Source of the DNA: Paraspadella gotoi
Taxonomy: Eukaryota; Animalia; Chaetognatha
Assembly: GCA_051294375.1 (NCBI GenBank)
Contig: CM119263.1
Coordinates: forward strand, 24,285,657 to 24,349,656
Reading direction: 5' to 3'
DNA length: 64,000 nt
Part shown: piece after piece, positions 1 through 12,125 of the stretch
Layout of the letters: every line of letters begins with the position of its first letter
Position numbering within the stretch: the first letter of the stretch is position 1
Notes under the pieces: generated by a model
The model's input: only the letters and a program-made list of their open reading frames with translations
Told to the model about the DNA's origin: nothing
Database searches by the model: none
Made by a program: the position numbers and the translations under genes

Positions 1-43
1 TCAAATTAAAAAAAATCTTCGGANNNNNNNNNNAGAAAGTTTT

Positions 44-1861
44 TTACCTCAATATCGAATTAAGAGTAAAATAAGAGATCATGGATGAAAAGAATATTCG
101 CCAAGTAAGTCCTTGATTCCAAAAAGAAGCCCCTTCCTCCAAAGAGAAAAGAACACCGCCTACGGGCGCCCCAAAGGCAGCAGAGACGCCTGCCGCGGCT
201 CCGCCGGACACAAAATCTCTTTTTTCATGGTCGTTTCTAAAACACATTTTAAAACGAATTATTTTTAATTTTCGTACAATTAAAAATAAAATTAATTAAA
301 ACCTGAAATATTCAAAAATCTTGAAATCCTTATTGAGTAATCTTGAACGCCCTTGGGATATGCCAGCAGCTATAACCGCACCTAAATTACGTCCGATATT
401 TAACGTTATTGTCATTGTCTTATGTCTTTGAATATAATTATGTAATCAATTAATATCTTATTAACTTAAATATTAGTATTACCTGAATGAATCATGGGTC
501 CTTCTTTTCCAACAGCTAATCCTCCAGCTACTGAAAAAACTACACCTATAGCTTTGCAAATTAATGTTTTGATTCTAACAACCTGAAAGGAGTTAAAAAT
601 ATTTTTTGAAAATTAAAGTAAATTAAGTTTAATTTTAGTCGGGCGAGAATACCTTTGGAATCTTTACTCCGTTTAAATAGCATTTTATTTGAGGTATGCC
701 GCTTCCCGCGGCGACAGGTGATACATAGGCGACGAGGACAGCGGCTACTATAACAAGAACACAATTGATGCCAACCCAAGCGAAAAGAGGAACGGGAAAC
801 GGATCGGTCTCGGTAAACCTAGGGTAAAATCGTTTTCCAAAAAATAAGGCATTCTATTTCTAATTATCACGTTGTTACGCTACCTCTTGTAAGTGCTTTG
901 GATAACTTTATGCTTGAAAGTTGAAATTAGATCTATCATGATGTCGACAAAGACTGCGACCAAAGCAGTGAATATGCCGATGAAGAGCATGACAACCCAT
1001 CGAAGGACGGATCGTTTTCGAACAAAAGCTTGTCCTGGAGGGAAGCAAGAGTAAATCAGAAAATAAAATTTGACGAGTTTTCAATTCCATTGCCTTTTGT
1101 ACCTTTGTCGACTTCATCGGCGATATAAATCTTGTTGTGAAAATCTTCGTAATCGAGACTTTCAAATTCATTTGAGAGGGCGTGATCGAGTGCATCGTGT
1201 CCATCGCGGTTTCCTTTATATCGCTCCCATAAATTACGAATCCAACAATACTGATTAATGGGTTCAACCTACAAACAAAAAGACTCTTTAAAACGTAAAT
1301 AAAATTGGTAAACCAGAATTGACTATATTGGGGTACTTATCCCCAAAATACAATTTACGACTATTATGGCAACAGCCGGGTTGCCTGTGATGCCCATTGG
1401 GATGGGGCATCTCACTGTTGGTTTTGGAGGCTTCCGACCCTCAGTGACGCATCCAGTCACTGGCGCGGTTACCCTAGGACGGTCTCGCTTTGCCAACGCA
1501 GAGGGAAGTCGTTAGGACTGTGGATGGAACACAACGCCTGGGATGGTGTGTTCCCCCTCTGAGTCAATGGTATTGGCTGAACGATCGTGGTGAGAATATA
1601 CCACCACACTATTTTAGAAATGAAACAAAAACCTTCCTCCAACCAAAAATTATTTTGATCAGATCAATTTGTCTCAAGCCATCTAAGATTGCTTCATTAC
1701 CATAAATAATCAACAGGGCAGAAACTCACCCTCACGTCATCTTGGTTTTGAAGCAGAGAATCCTGAGTGTCCGATCTTATGGCACCGTAATTAGCGCGAT
1801 GATGGGGCATATTTGGGCTATCATTCACGCTGGATCGACGCAATATAGAACGACCCTCCAT
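44..1861 (-). CDS. CLCN7: H+/Cl- exchange transporter CLC-7-like, 5' part; multi-exon, runs into an N gap and the window edge
   Basis: Exon peptides [48 protein letters not shown] and GKEGPMIHS are CLC signatures of the CLC-6/7 branch. ATG at 1861 ([11 protein letters not shown]...) with a GTGAGT donor near 1729. Confidence 0.85.
1365..1608 (-). mobile_element. Solo LTR of the twister-bearing non-autonomous LTR element, in a CLCN7 intron
   Basis: Closely similar to the LTRs at 63016-63271 and 63509-63762. Flanked by 4-bp TSD CTAT (1361-1364 and 1609-1612). Confidence 0.85.
1417..1497 (-). ncRNA. Type-P5 twister ribozyme candidate (in solo LTR)
   Basis: Minus strand: GTTGGC AAA GCGA GA CCG TCCTAGGG TAA CCGC GC CAGTGAC-TGGATGC-GTCACTG AGGG T CGG AA GC CTCC AAAA CCAAC. 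It has UAA, GA, T1 (CGG/CCG), T2 (GC/GC), P3 and P4. Confidence 0.75.
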
Positions 1862-2141
1862 AGTCAAAATTATTCTTGGAGCGTATTACGAAAAAGACAC
1901 ACGAGTTTGATTCCACATAGTAACTTGCGGTTTGTTATTTGGCGGGAGCGGCATATCAAGAGATTTATATTTTTTCAAGCGACATTAGTTAGTACGAATG
2001 TCTGTGGTTTTCAAAAAAAAAAATAAACATCGTTAAGGTACAATAAAAAGAAAAAAGTGGAGTCTTGACTTAAGCCCGTCAGGCGAGCTAAAAATATAAC
2101 AAGAGATCATTTGGTGGGATTCCGTTTTCAATGAGTTTTAG

Positions 2142-3448
2142 TCACTTTAAAGGTTTGACTTTATGCAAGAAAGTTTCGGCGGCTTGATGAACAAATTCGT
2201 CCCGCTTCATGGTGAGATGATTGTCACCTTTGACAAAATAAAATATCAGAGATCCCGTCTAAAAAAATTACAAAACTGAAAATTAAACCAACTTCGACCG
2301 GAGGAACTCACCGTGATGGTTATCTCCGCTCTCGATTAAGGCCTGACTGAAGGTTGCAGTCAATTGATCTGGACACAAGGAGTAACCGGCCTCAATCACG
2401 GAAGTAGCGTCGTCTCCTGTGACAATGAATTGACAACAGCATGAAGTATAGACACGGAACATAAGCTGTATGAAAATCCGCACCCGTGGTTGTGACGGCG
2501 AGTAGCAATTGCTGAAGCGCTGCGTCACACAGGGTTTTGTTTGCTCTGCCGAGGTGATTGGCTGCGGGGAACTGCGGGGAATCGGAATAAATAAAATTAA
2601 TAAGGACTGCGGTGGATATAAAATCTGTCGTAAGGATTACGTGACTGGGGAAGGCGGATGATGTGTCCAAGGCGTTGTATAATGCTTGGGTTTGTTTGAT
2701 GTAATCGTGAAAGACGAAGGAAGTTACCACCCCAGCGCGGAATACGTCATAGACGACCACTTCATAATCCCTAATTGCCGATAAAAAAATGTATTTAAGA
2801 TATTTTTTTTAAACAAAATTTCAGCTAGTGATTAAAACCACTTAGAACATAACATCCGTTTACATAGGTCTCTTTTTTCTGTTGACAATGGACAATAGGA
2901 CAATGTCCAATGGACATGCGTTGCCATGATAAACTCCAACACCAGTCAACACCTGCAAGCAATTTTTTTTAAAAGTTTGTCAGCTACATCGGTAGGAACG
3001 TCTTGCAAAACAAGATCGAGCAGTTCTCCGAAGACAACGCCGTTGATGCCGCGGAGATGTCGGTGCACCTTGCACTGGCTCAATATTTCGTAGCTGGACT
3101 GAATATTGTTTTGAAAGGCGGGTTGAGTGTAGTGGGTAAGAAGCAGCGTCTGATACGCTCTAGTCACTTTGTTTCCTTTATCACCGACGGCCTCGAAGTA
3201 ATCGGCCAGAAAGCCAATGGGGTCTTCCGGTCTGTTCTCAATCACCTAAAGATAAAAGCAGTTCAATTTTATTCAGATCTGCCATAAAAGAATTTGCCAC
3301 CTTCATTCAGCTCTGTCATAAAAGAATTTGCCACCTTAGCCAAAACGTCTCGAATCTGGGAGGCAACGTTGGTCCTTTCGAGAAATTGGCGCTCCGTTTC
3401 CGGTCTTTGGTCGCAGGCCGAGCCGCCGCTTTTTCTTTTATCGCTCAT
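2142..3448 (-). CDS. TPGS1: Tubulin polyglutamylase complex subunit 1-like (multi-exon)
   Basis: Peptides FLERTNVASQIRDVLAK / IENRPEDPIGFLADYFE / YDVFRAGVVTSFVFHDY / AFPSHVILTT...LGRANKTLCDAALQQL. TGA at 2142-2144. Confidence 0.75.
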
Positions 3449-3704
3449 CACTGACTAGAAGTTACTAAGAAAGAGTTTTCTCGCTCTCCTGATCGAGACG
3501 AAGAGTTTTTCAGCTGATAATCTCTAGAAACAAACAAAAAAGACGGATTGCCATAAAATTAAAATATTTTATGGCTTATATATTTTGATACAAACAACGT
3601 AAGAAACGCAACAATTTTATGCTGATATCTATAAATACTAATATTTTCATGAATGTCATGAACAACGCGCTAGCTTCGATAATTGTCTACTTGTATAGCT
3701 GTTA

Positions 3705-4479
3705 CCCCGTGGGCCAAATCCAATGATACAAAAAAAAACCACTGCCGTACTTTACTGTATTGAGATAGACTAAATTAGATTTTTTTAAATTGATAGATAA
3801 ATCTAATAAAGGTGCTAAAATTTACAAGTTTTGGGCGAATTATATTTGTTAAAAATCAAGTGCGTTAAATAATTTACCATTAAAAAGTCAAACCTTTTGG
3901 TGACTGGGAGAGTGATACTCCAGCCTTTATTCAAAAAAATTATAGTAGGCTGACAATCATTACCAAGAATCCTTATCTGTGCCAAAGGGATTAATGGCAA
4001 GATGAAGAAGGGTATCTTCCTCCCTAGAAAAACTAAAAAAGGAGGAGTAGGTTAGGTTAAGACAATGGTCAATTTTAAAGAATTGGCGGTTTAAGAAGAT
4101 GAGTGGCCAATGCATCTCAGCATTAAAGTTTTTTATCCAAATTTTTACAGAAGAAGGGATATTCCTTAGCTATCCTGAGGTTCCAACCGGTGACATCTCA
4201 ATTTTTTCTTGTGGCGATTCATTTGTAATGATGAAAAATCAGAACTGCTTTTGGACAAGGTTTTTTGCTCCATGAAGAATAATATTTTACTAGCAATAAC
4301 GATTTTTTTTTACTTGTTTGGTAAGCATTTTGAGAAAGTTTTAACTTTTTCTAAGGAATTTTTTGGACATTTAAAAAGGTCAATGATTTTTGTATTAAAT
4401 AATATAAGAAATTTAATTTAGGCTTATAGTTTTCGTATAATTTATTTTTCTTTTGTATCAGTCGATTTTGCTCACGGGG
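3705..4479. mobile_element. Non-autonomous TIR DNA transposon (TA TSD)
   Basis: ~29-bp imperfect TIRs CCCCGTGGGCCAAATCCAATGATACAAAA ... TTTTGTATCAGTCGATTTTGCTCACGGGG, flanked by TA on both sides. Confidence 0.7.
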
Positions 4480-5132
4480 TAGTATAGGACCAACGAATTG
4501 ATGACTAGAATAACTTAATCAATCTGCTGCTTTTTAGTCTTAAAAATTAGTAGTCTTTTGTTATCATTTTATGCTATTAAACCGTATAAATGTTATTCTA
4601 AACACATTAAAAACACAATAAAATTATGCACTAAGGGTCCAACAAACTAAGTATAAACATCAACACCTCAACTGGTTAAGTACGTCTGCGCGAAATTGAA
4701 CTTTTAAAATTGGCAGTGAAATTTGACGTTCGACTAGATTTGAGTTAATTTCTTTTAAATTGAGAATGTCAACAAGGTCAAAATTTCGATATATTTTTCT
4801 ACTTTCAAACGCCAGGACCCGTGTCAATTATGTTGGGTGCAAAAAGTATCTCAAGTGTTTATATCAAAAGTGTTTCATAAATTACTATCAATTGTATAAT
4901 ACTATTGAGATAAACTAGGATATCTGTGGCTTAAATGAAGGCTAACGAATGCAGAAAAAATTGAATGAAATGAATAATTTCGATTCGGTATAAAGTGTAC
5001 AAAAGCGTGTACAAACAACAACGAAAAAAACCGTTAAAAACCTATTAGCACATTTGTCAGTCATCTAAAGAGAAAAAAAAATCTCTTAAGATTATTAGCA
5101 AGGAGTTTTTATTGCGATTTGAAAAAAAGCAA

Positions 5133-8100
5133 TTACTTTTCGGAACCATGGAATGGTTTCTCACGATACGAATCGAAATGAGGCCAGGTCTCCAACTCGA
5201 AAGATCTTCCGTCTCCACCGCGATCGACGTCCGATCTTCCGCTAAAGAATCGCGAACGGCGAGGAGACGATTTAGATCCGGGATCGTCGCGGGAAGGTTG
5301 GTCTTCGACATCGTCTCTGTGCCTGGCATTGTCGTCCCTCGAATGGTCGTTGACGACGTCGCCATAGTCCAAATGAAGATCGTCGGATTTGCGCCATCTG
5401 GAACTTCTCTGAACGGGTCGGGCGGAATGCCAATTCCGCGAGTGAGAATGCCGATGACGAACGTGAGTCGTCAGGCGCGCGCGGCGGTGCATCCACGGAT
5501 TGATCAAGGGGCCATTTGCGTTAAGGCTAGGTGTCATTGATCTGCATGTTCGAGGGAAAAATCAATAAGATTGCGATATTCCCTATTTCACAAATCAGGA
5601 GTCAATAAATGTTAACTAGACTAACCGGGCGTTGACGAGATAACCCCGGGCACGGCCCCTTGAGAGACCCCCAGAAAGCGATCTAGGTCGAGAAGACGGT
5701 CGTGAAAATTCTTCCCCAAATAACGTGCGCCTGATGGGACCGCTCTGCGAGGGCGGTTTCCGGGGTTTGGAGAAGAGAGGTGTCGAGGTTCGCGACTGGC
5801 CCGAAGAATCAGTGGCGCCGGAAGCGACCGAAGAGCCCACGCTTGAACCTTGACGCGAAATGAGATTTTTGATCGGCGCCGAAGTGGTCTTTGGTGAAGA
5901 AGGGGGCGTGGGATAAACGGGACGGCTGATGGTCATTGCCGAACCGGGGAGGGATCCAGTGCTCTTGTTGGCGAGCATTCGAACGAGCAGCTGCTTCGTA
6001 AAGGGAACCGTCTTAACGGACGATCGGACCGTACTCTTTGAACGTGACCTGCTAAAAGGGGAAATTGCTGAATAAACCGTCGATTCGGAAAAAAAATCTT
6101 AAAAGTATAGTGATCTCGCCAGACGTTACCATCAAAGAAAATAAATTAAAAAAAAAAAGAATGATTGATGCGATAACGAATTATTGATATAATAGTAATT
6201 GATTGATTTAATAATAATTGATTAATGTAATAGTAATTGATTGATGTGATAACCAATTATTGATACGATAATAAACAATTATTGATGTGATGATAACCAA
6301 ATATTGATGCGATGATAACCAAATATTGATGCGATGATAACTAATAATTGATGCGATGATAACCAATGATCGATGCGATGATAACCAAATAATTGATTCG
6401 ATGAGTCATTCATTGACGCGATGAATCATTCATCGTAAATAAATCATGCTTATTTGAATGAGAGAGAAAGAGAAAAAAAAAGATAGAGAGAAGCTAGATA
6501 GCTACTGCAAAGCTGAAGTCGTTTTTAAACAAATCAGAAGAAGCAGCGATGGAAAAAAAAGAGCGATATATAATTATAAGAGAGAAAATTTGCGATGGTA
6601 AAGAAGCGTGACGACGACAACGGTCACAAAGAAGCAGAGGCGAACCAAAATCACAATCAAACAACAAACGCCCATTGTTCCAAACCTTGATTTCCTCGGC
6701 GTCGCCTTAACAGGTTCGATAGGCGGCGGTTGGTTGTGGAGATCTTTCTTGGTGGGCGCGGCCACACTTTCCCCCACGCCCGGAGGACCCTGTAGAAGGC
6801 TTATAATAAATACCAAAAAAAAAGTATAAGGATCATCGAAATCGTCTAAGAAATTTTTGGACCCATGACAAACTTTGATACTCAAACCATATTTGATACA
6901 GGAAAACTAAGTTTTATACATAACAAACTAGGCTTAATATATAAAAAATAAGTAAATAAATAAATCAAAATTAAATTAATAAATAAAATTAAATAAAAGA
7001 AATGAATTGTATGAATGAATTAAATTCAAATTTAATTTTAAAAAAATGAAAGAATTGAGATAAATAAATTGAGAGATAAAAAAAGATAAGTAAAAGATAG
7101 TAAAATGATAACATGCGAGTCTGCGATGCTTAAAATCATAAGTTTAAAGCTGATATTTTTAAAATTAAATAAAAAGAAAGAGAAAAAGAAAGAAAGAAAT
7201 AGAAAAAAAAAGAGGAAGAAAGAAAGAAATAGAAAAAGAAAGAAAGAAAGAAAGAAACTTTTATTGAAAGAACAGACCTTTTCGCCAGGAATATTAATGA
7301 TTTTGACCGAGCTATTCCGATTCGTAATCTTCTTCGCCAATTTTCGCGACAACTTTGCCCGATTGGCTTTACGTTTTCTCTCCCGCTCCCGTCGTCGAGC
7401 CCATTCTCTTTCCTGAGTCAATAATTTATAGATTAATTGATTCATTTGCATACTTCACCCTTCAATAGCATTTTTTTAATCGTAATTCATGCCAATCTAT
7501 GAACCTTCTGTCTTTGTTCCTCCTTTCGCTTGAGCCTCTCCTTCCGCCTCAACTCTTCGGCTTCACGGGCTTCGGGTTTGAAGGGAAGACCCGATTCATC
7601 GTCATCGGGATCATCGATGTCTGGCGTGATTATAAATTTCTACAAGAAAAATTAAATATTATGAGGTTTTTTTCATCAGGCTTTCCCTACGGTTAACAGA
7701 AAGTAAATAAGAGTACCTGGACCAGAGCACCCTTGCCAAACTGTTCGAGAGGCATTTTGGAGAAGATGTAGTGATTGTTGAGCCACTCCTTAAACCCCAC
7801 GTGCGGGATTCGTAGGCATCGAAGGCCGTCTTGATGGAGCTCGTATCCGAGGCGGCATTCGCATTTAAATCCGCCTTAGTACAAAATTATTTTTTTTGAT
7901 TCTGTTCAGATTTAATAAAAGATCCGCTATATTTTTTCGACGAAAAGAATTACCGATGGTATTGACGCAGTCGTGGTCGCACGCGTTTCTCCTGACGGCG
8001 CATTCGTCATACTGCTTGACGAACGAAGCGGAAAATCCTCCTTTCTGAACTGTCCCGTCGGAGACGAATTTGACCCAAAGTTTGTTTTTGGAGGATTTTA

Positions 8101-11100
8101 TCGTCTCGGGGGATTTATACCTGATTTAGTAAAGACAAAAACTTTAGAAATATAACAGTTTGGTTTGAATCAATTCAATTCATGGTCGAGGTTGTTGTCG
8201 TGGTAATTGTCCCAGATTCAGATGCATAGGCATAGGTAAAACAAACCCGCAGTAACGTCCAATAATTGGAGAATCTTCCGTGTATCCGTCTCGAACTTCA
8301 AGATAGTCGTAAACGCAACCGTCATGTTTTTCGATCTGCAAATTTTTTTCAACTTGAACGAAAAAAAGTCAACATATAAAAAAAGGAAATACAAACCTCA
8401 AAAGATTCAAATGACAAAGCGACGGCGAACCCATCTGGCACAGAAATCCTCCATACGCAGCCTTTATTCGGTCTATACTCATCCGGGAAGTTGGGACTGC
8501 TCAGTTTTCCGCCGTCCTCTCCTATTTAAACCAAGAAAATTACACATCATCCAAATTGTTTGAACTTCAACGGAAAGAGTCTACCTTTAGACAGGATATC
8601 CCCGCCACAAACGGCTTCGTATGTTGCGCGGAAACCGGCACCTCGATTTCCGTACGACGATCTATATTCCACCCAGAGTCTCTCCCCAGAAGATTTGAGA
8701 AGGGGCGGCAACCGGCCGCTGCCGCAAAATCGACCGAGAAGCGGCGCCCTTTGATTGATGAAATTCATTAATATCCGAGTAAGGAAGAATAATCCAGATT
8801 TCGGCTCACCTATACCAATGACCGTCCCTCACTTCAAGGTAATTAGTGTAGCAATTTCGCGTCAATTCTATGTTCATGTTTGTAATATTGAGAATAAGCT
8901 TTTCGCCGTGCGTGGCAGTGATGCGCCATTGACAAAATCTTTCATTTCCGGTATCTGGCTTAGGATAACCGGGGGAAACAACTGCTCCAGAAGGATCCTA
9001 TGATTAAACAATTATCGTTAAAGCTCAACTTAACATAAATTAACAATTTTATCACTTGTCACCTGCATAGTTTTGCCACAAGGCGGACAGCGATACAGCT
9101 TTTTAGCCTGGCGCACGTCACCTTGGCTCAACCACACCCTTTGGCCTATTTCCGGTCTTTTTTGGCCATCTGGAACTCTAAAATATGAGAGATTATTGAA
9201 AAAGAACAATTCATATAATGACGGGATCGCGGTTCCTGACCTTGGTAGAATCGTGTCGAGGTAAGTACCACGAGAAAACGTATTTCTCGCGTAATGCATT
9301 ATGCTACCGTAATCATACGGCTCCCCCAAGGAATACACTTCACTACTTCCCAACACATTAAAATTGTATTCCTGTGAACAAAAAAATATTTTTGAAAAAT
9401 CTTAAAAATATAGTGATCTCGCCAGTCGTTACTATTAAAGAAAATTAATTTAAAAAATCCGGAAAAAAAACGAATGATTGATGCGATAACAAATTATTAA
9501 TGTAATAGTAATTGATTGATGTAAATAATAATTATTAATGTAATAACTATTAATTATATAATTAATATATAATTAATATAATTAAAAGAGAGAACATATA
9601 ATTAAAACGTAATTCGTAATAGTTTTTATAGAAAATTATTTTGTAAATTAAACAAACAAATGCGTGTAGCAATATGAAACATGGTTCTAAAGGATCTTGA
9701 TGATGAGAAGCCATATCTAATTTTTTAACTTCCTATGATATCACACTTTTATAAAAATTAATTTAGGAACAACAGTTTTTGTTTGGGACGAACAACGATT
9801 TTATTTAACAGGCTAGTCAAACATGTTTCAGCTCTCAGATTAAAGCCTTCATCATCAGTGTTTGAAAATCAAACAAATTTTTACCTATCCCTCACTACTT
9901 ATTCTCCTTTTCACATTTCATTTTTAATTAACCAGTTGTAAGTTATTATCATTATCAATTTAATGTTAAGTTTACCTAAATTATTTATTCACCATATATC
10001 TTTGTTGTACATTAACAAATATAATTATTTTCTCTATCTCTCTCCCCTTCAACTTTTCACCTTCAAATTTAATCTATTTTCTTTTTCCCTGTCATTACCT
10101 TCACCTGTCCTTATATCTGACCAGTGACCACTGTCCTTTTGATTCTTTGTTGGAAGCTCTCTTTCCCCCCAAGATAAATGTCAAAGAGAAAATTTGTTTG
10201 AATTTCAAACACTGATGAAGGCTTTAATTTGAGAGCCTAAACATGTCTGACTAAACCTGTTAAATAAAAAAATATATAATTGTTTTGTAAATAAAACAAA
10301 CAAATGCATGTAGTAATATAAAACATGAGAATCTAAAAAATCTTGCTGATTAAAAGCGATATCTAAATTTTTAGCTTTTTATGGTTACACACTTTTACAA
10401 GTTCCAATTATAAAAAAGCGTGACGACGACGACAACGATGGTCACAAAGAAGCATCACTTAAACTAAATCAATATGGTGGACTAAAATCCACCAACCGTT
10501 CATCAGCGGCCATTGGTGCCGGAAGCAAGTCATTCGCCTCCCAACCCAAAGGTCCGGGGTTCTAGCCCGGTGGTCGTCTGGCAGTTAAGAGGGACGGGGC
10601 GCTTAACCCGCCTGTAACACGGTGTTACAGCCTGATCCGAAGCTCAGGGACTGCTTATATTGAACGGTTCTGTCACTAACTCATAACAATAATTACTGTC
10701 TCTTCATCAAGAATTAAAAATTGACGAACCTGGTTTGGAATAATGTTTTTCCGAATAATAATGACGTGTCGATCTCTGCAAAAAAAAATCGACTATTGTT
10801 ATCAAGATAATCCTCTCCGCTCCCGAACCAACCTGTCTGGACGAGTGTGTTCGTGCCAAAACCCGATGACGTGACCAAGTTCGTGGACGACTATTCCGAA
10901 CTTGTCGCAATTGTTGCCGATGGAGATGGCTTGGGGTCCATTGCCCCTCTTTCCCACAAAAGAGCAGCAACCGCAAGGACGGACGGTAAAGATGATGTAG
11001 TCCTTCTCAGTCGTACGTTCCACGAAGGAAATGCAAGTGTAGTTTTCCCAATGTCTCATGGCCTGAAACAAAAATTATTAAAATTTTAAACTTTAAACTA

Positions 11101-11906
11101 TTGAATACATTTAATTCGTAATAAAAAGGAGTCGTCACCTGCTTAAACAATGCTTTGTGCGAGCCGCTAAAATTAGAATCTACCACATATGGGATAACGG
11201 CGTGGTCCCAGAGTCGCTCCATTCTCGCCGTCGCAGCACGCCGATGACGAGTTCGAGAAGCACCGCCGGGCGAATCGCGATCCCCTGTCGCCTCCTTCCC
11301 GGCAAGTCGCGCCTTCAAATTCACTTCCCGACGATCTTTGGTGGCCCGAAGGTACTGTTGAGATTCAATGCGCCGATATTCGGCGTCGCTCAGGGCGATG
11401 TCACCCAAGAACCCTTTGGCGGAGCATGGGTCTTCGAACGTGACGTTGATGAGACGCGAGTGGGCGTCCAGTGCGGGTCGAGTGACCTTCTTCAGCGAAT
11501 CAGAAACGAAAAAAGAGGAATTCGAGCTAGTCTCGTTCGGAACCTTCGACCGAAACGAGTCGATTGAAAAATCTTTGGAAAAGGCACTTTGGCTGGCGCG
11601 GGTACTTTGGCGAGCTTGAAAGAGAGAAATCACAGGAGTAGCGTTGGATGAATCGTGGCGCGAGTTAAGGTGAGGCATTTGACGAAAAATCGGCTTTGGT
11701 TTCGCTTCCCTTTGGGAATGATAAAAATCGGATTGTTCGAAGTTGGACAAATTTCTTGCTTCTTCGGTAATACATGGCGGTTGAGTACAAGAAGGTTGTG
11801 ATGATAATTGAGAAGAGGGCGAAAGGCATAGAAGAGCCACGAAGCTGAGTATAACGTCTGGGTAGTGGAATACGGTTCTCATCGTCAAACGACGAAAGTG
11901 AAACAT
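5133..11906 (-). CDS. BMP1/tolloid-like astacin metalloprotease: signal peptide, prodomain, astacin, CUB-CUB-EGF, long basic tail
   Basis: Furin site RHRR|[10 protein letters not shown], zinc motif [18 protein letters not shown], Met-turn [12 protein letters not shown] motifs LWVEYRSS and [37 protein letters not shown]. The 3' exons are less certain. Confidence 0.9.
6095..6660. mobile_element. HINE/DINE-1-like repeat family A, partial copy
   Basis: Starts AAAATCTTAAAAGTATAGTGATCTCGCCAGACG and contains a GATGATAACCAAATATTGATGC-type minisatellite. Same family as copies near 9400, 35230 and 48760. Confidence 0.6.
9396..10460. mobile_element. Repeat family A copy, interrupted by an inverted-repeat insertion
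   Basis: Same 5' block (GTGATCTCGCCAG) and same 3' block (GCGTGACGACGACGACAACG...GGTCACAAAGAAGCA) as the other copies. Confidence 0.55.
9799..10269. mobile_element. Inverted pair of Penelope-like terminal repeats with degenerate minimal hammerhead cores
   Basis: ~80-bp inverted arms (9799-9882 and 10189-10269). The right arm reads CTGATGA AGGC...GCC TAAAC ATGTC. The left arm (minus) reads TGATGA AGGC...GCT GAAAC ATGTT. Confidence 0.5.
10506..10695 (+). mobile_element. tRNA-derived SINE-like element carrying a twister ribozyme, in a BMP1 intron
   Basis: GC-rich island in AT-rich intron. Acceptor-like stem GCGGCCA/TGGTCGT (10506-10577), T-arm-like CCGGG GTTCTAG CCCGG, Gly-like TCGCCTCCCA, followed directly by the twister fold. 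Confidence 0.6.
10581..10654 (+). ncRNA. Type-P5 twister ribozyme candidate
   Basis: GCAGT TAAG AGG GA CGG GGCGCT TAA CCC GC CTGTAACA-CGG-TGTTACAG CCTGA T CCG AA GC TCAGG G ACTGC. P5 GCAGT/ACTGC, T1 CCG/CGG, P3 8 bp, P4 5 bp; P2 is short. Confidence 0.75.
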
Positions 11907-12125
11907 TTTAATTTTTATTCATTCTTAGGAGAAGAGCAAAGTCACCAATCGTTGCATGATTTAATTAGGTTTGAAATTAAAAAACAACCAACGAAGCAGT
12001 AAAAACCTGACGGAATGATAAGTTTAACATAAAAATAATTTTTATTTCAACGTCTCGATTTTGCAAGAATTAGCAAATAACACATTTTAAAATAAGAATA
12101 TTCTCTGTAACTTATATTCCAAAAA

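Noticed and set aside
24-33. Run of N
   Set aside because: Assembly gap, not biology.
7038-7451. Low-complexity F/L- or K/R-rich ORFs (also 25853-26128 and 35214-35710)
   Set aside because: Mostly translations of simple repeats or intronic elements. Only a short internal part near 7278-7412 is a plausible BMP1 exon.
10506-10577. Functional tRNA-Gly gene
   Set aside because: D and anticodon stems do not pair properly and there is no oligo-T terminator. It is better explained as a SINE head.
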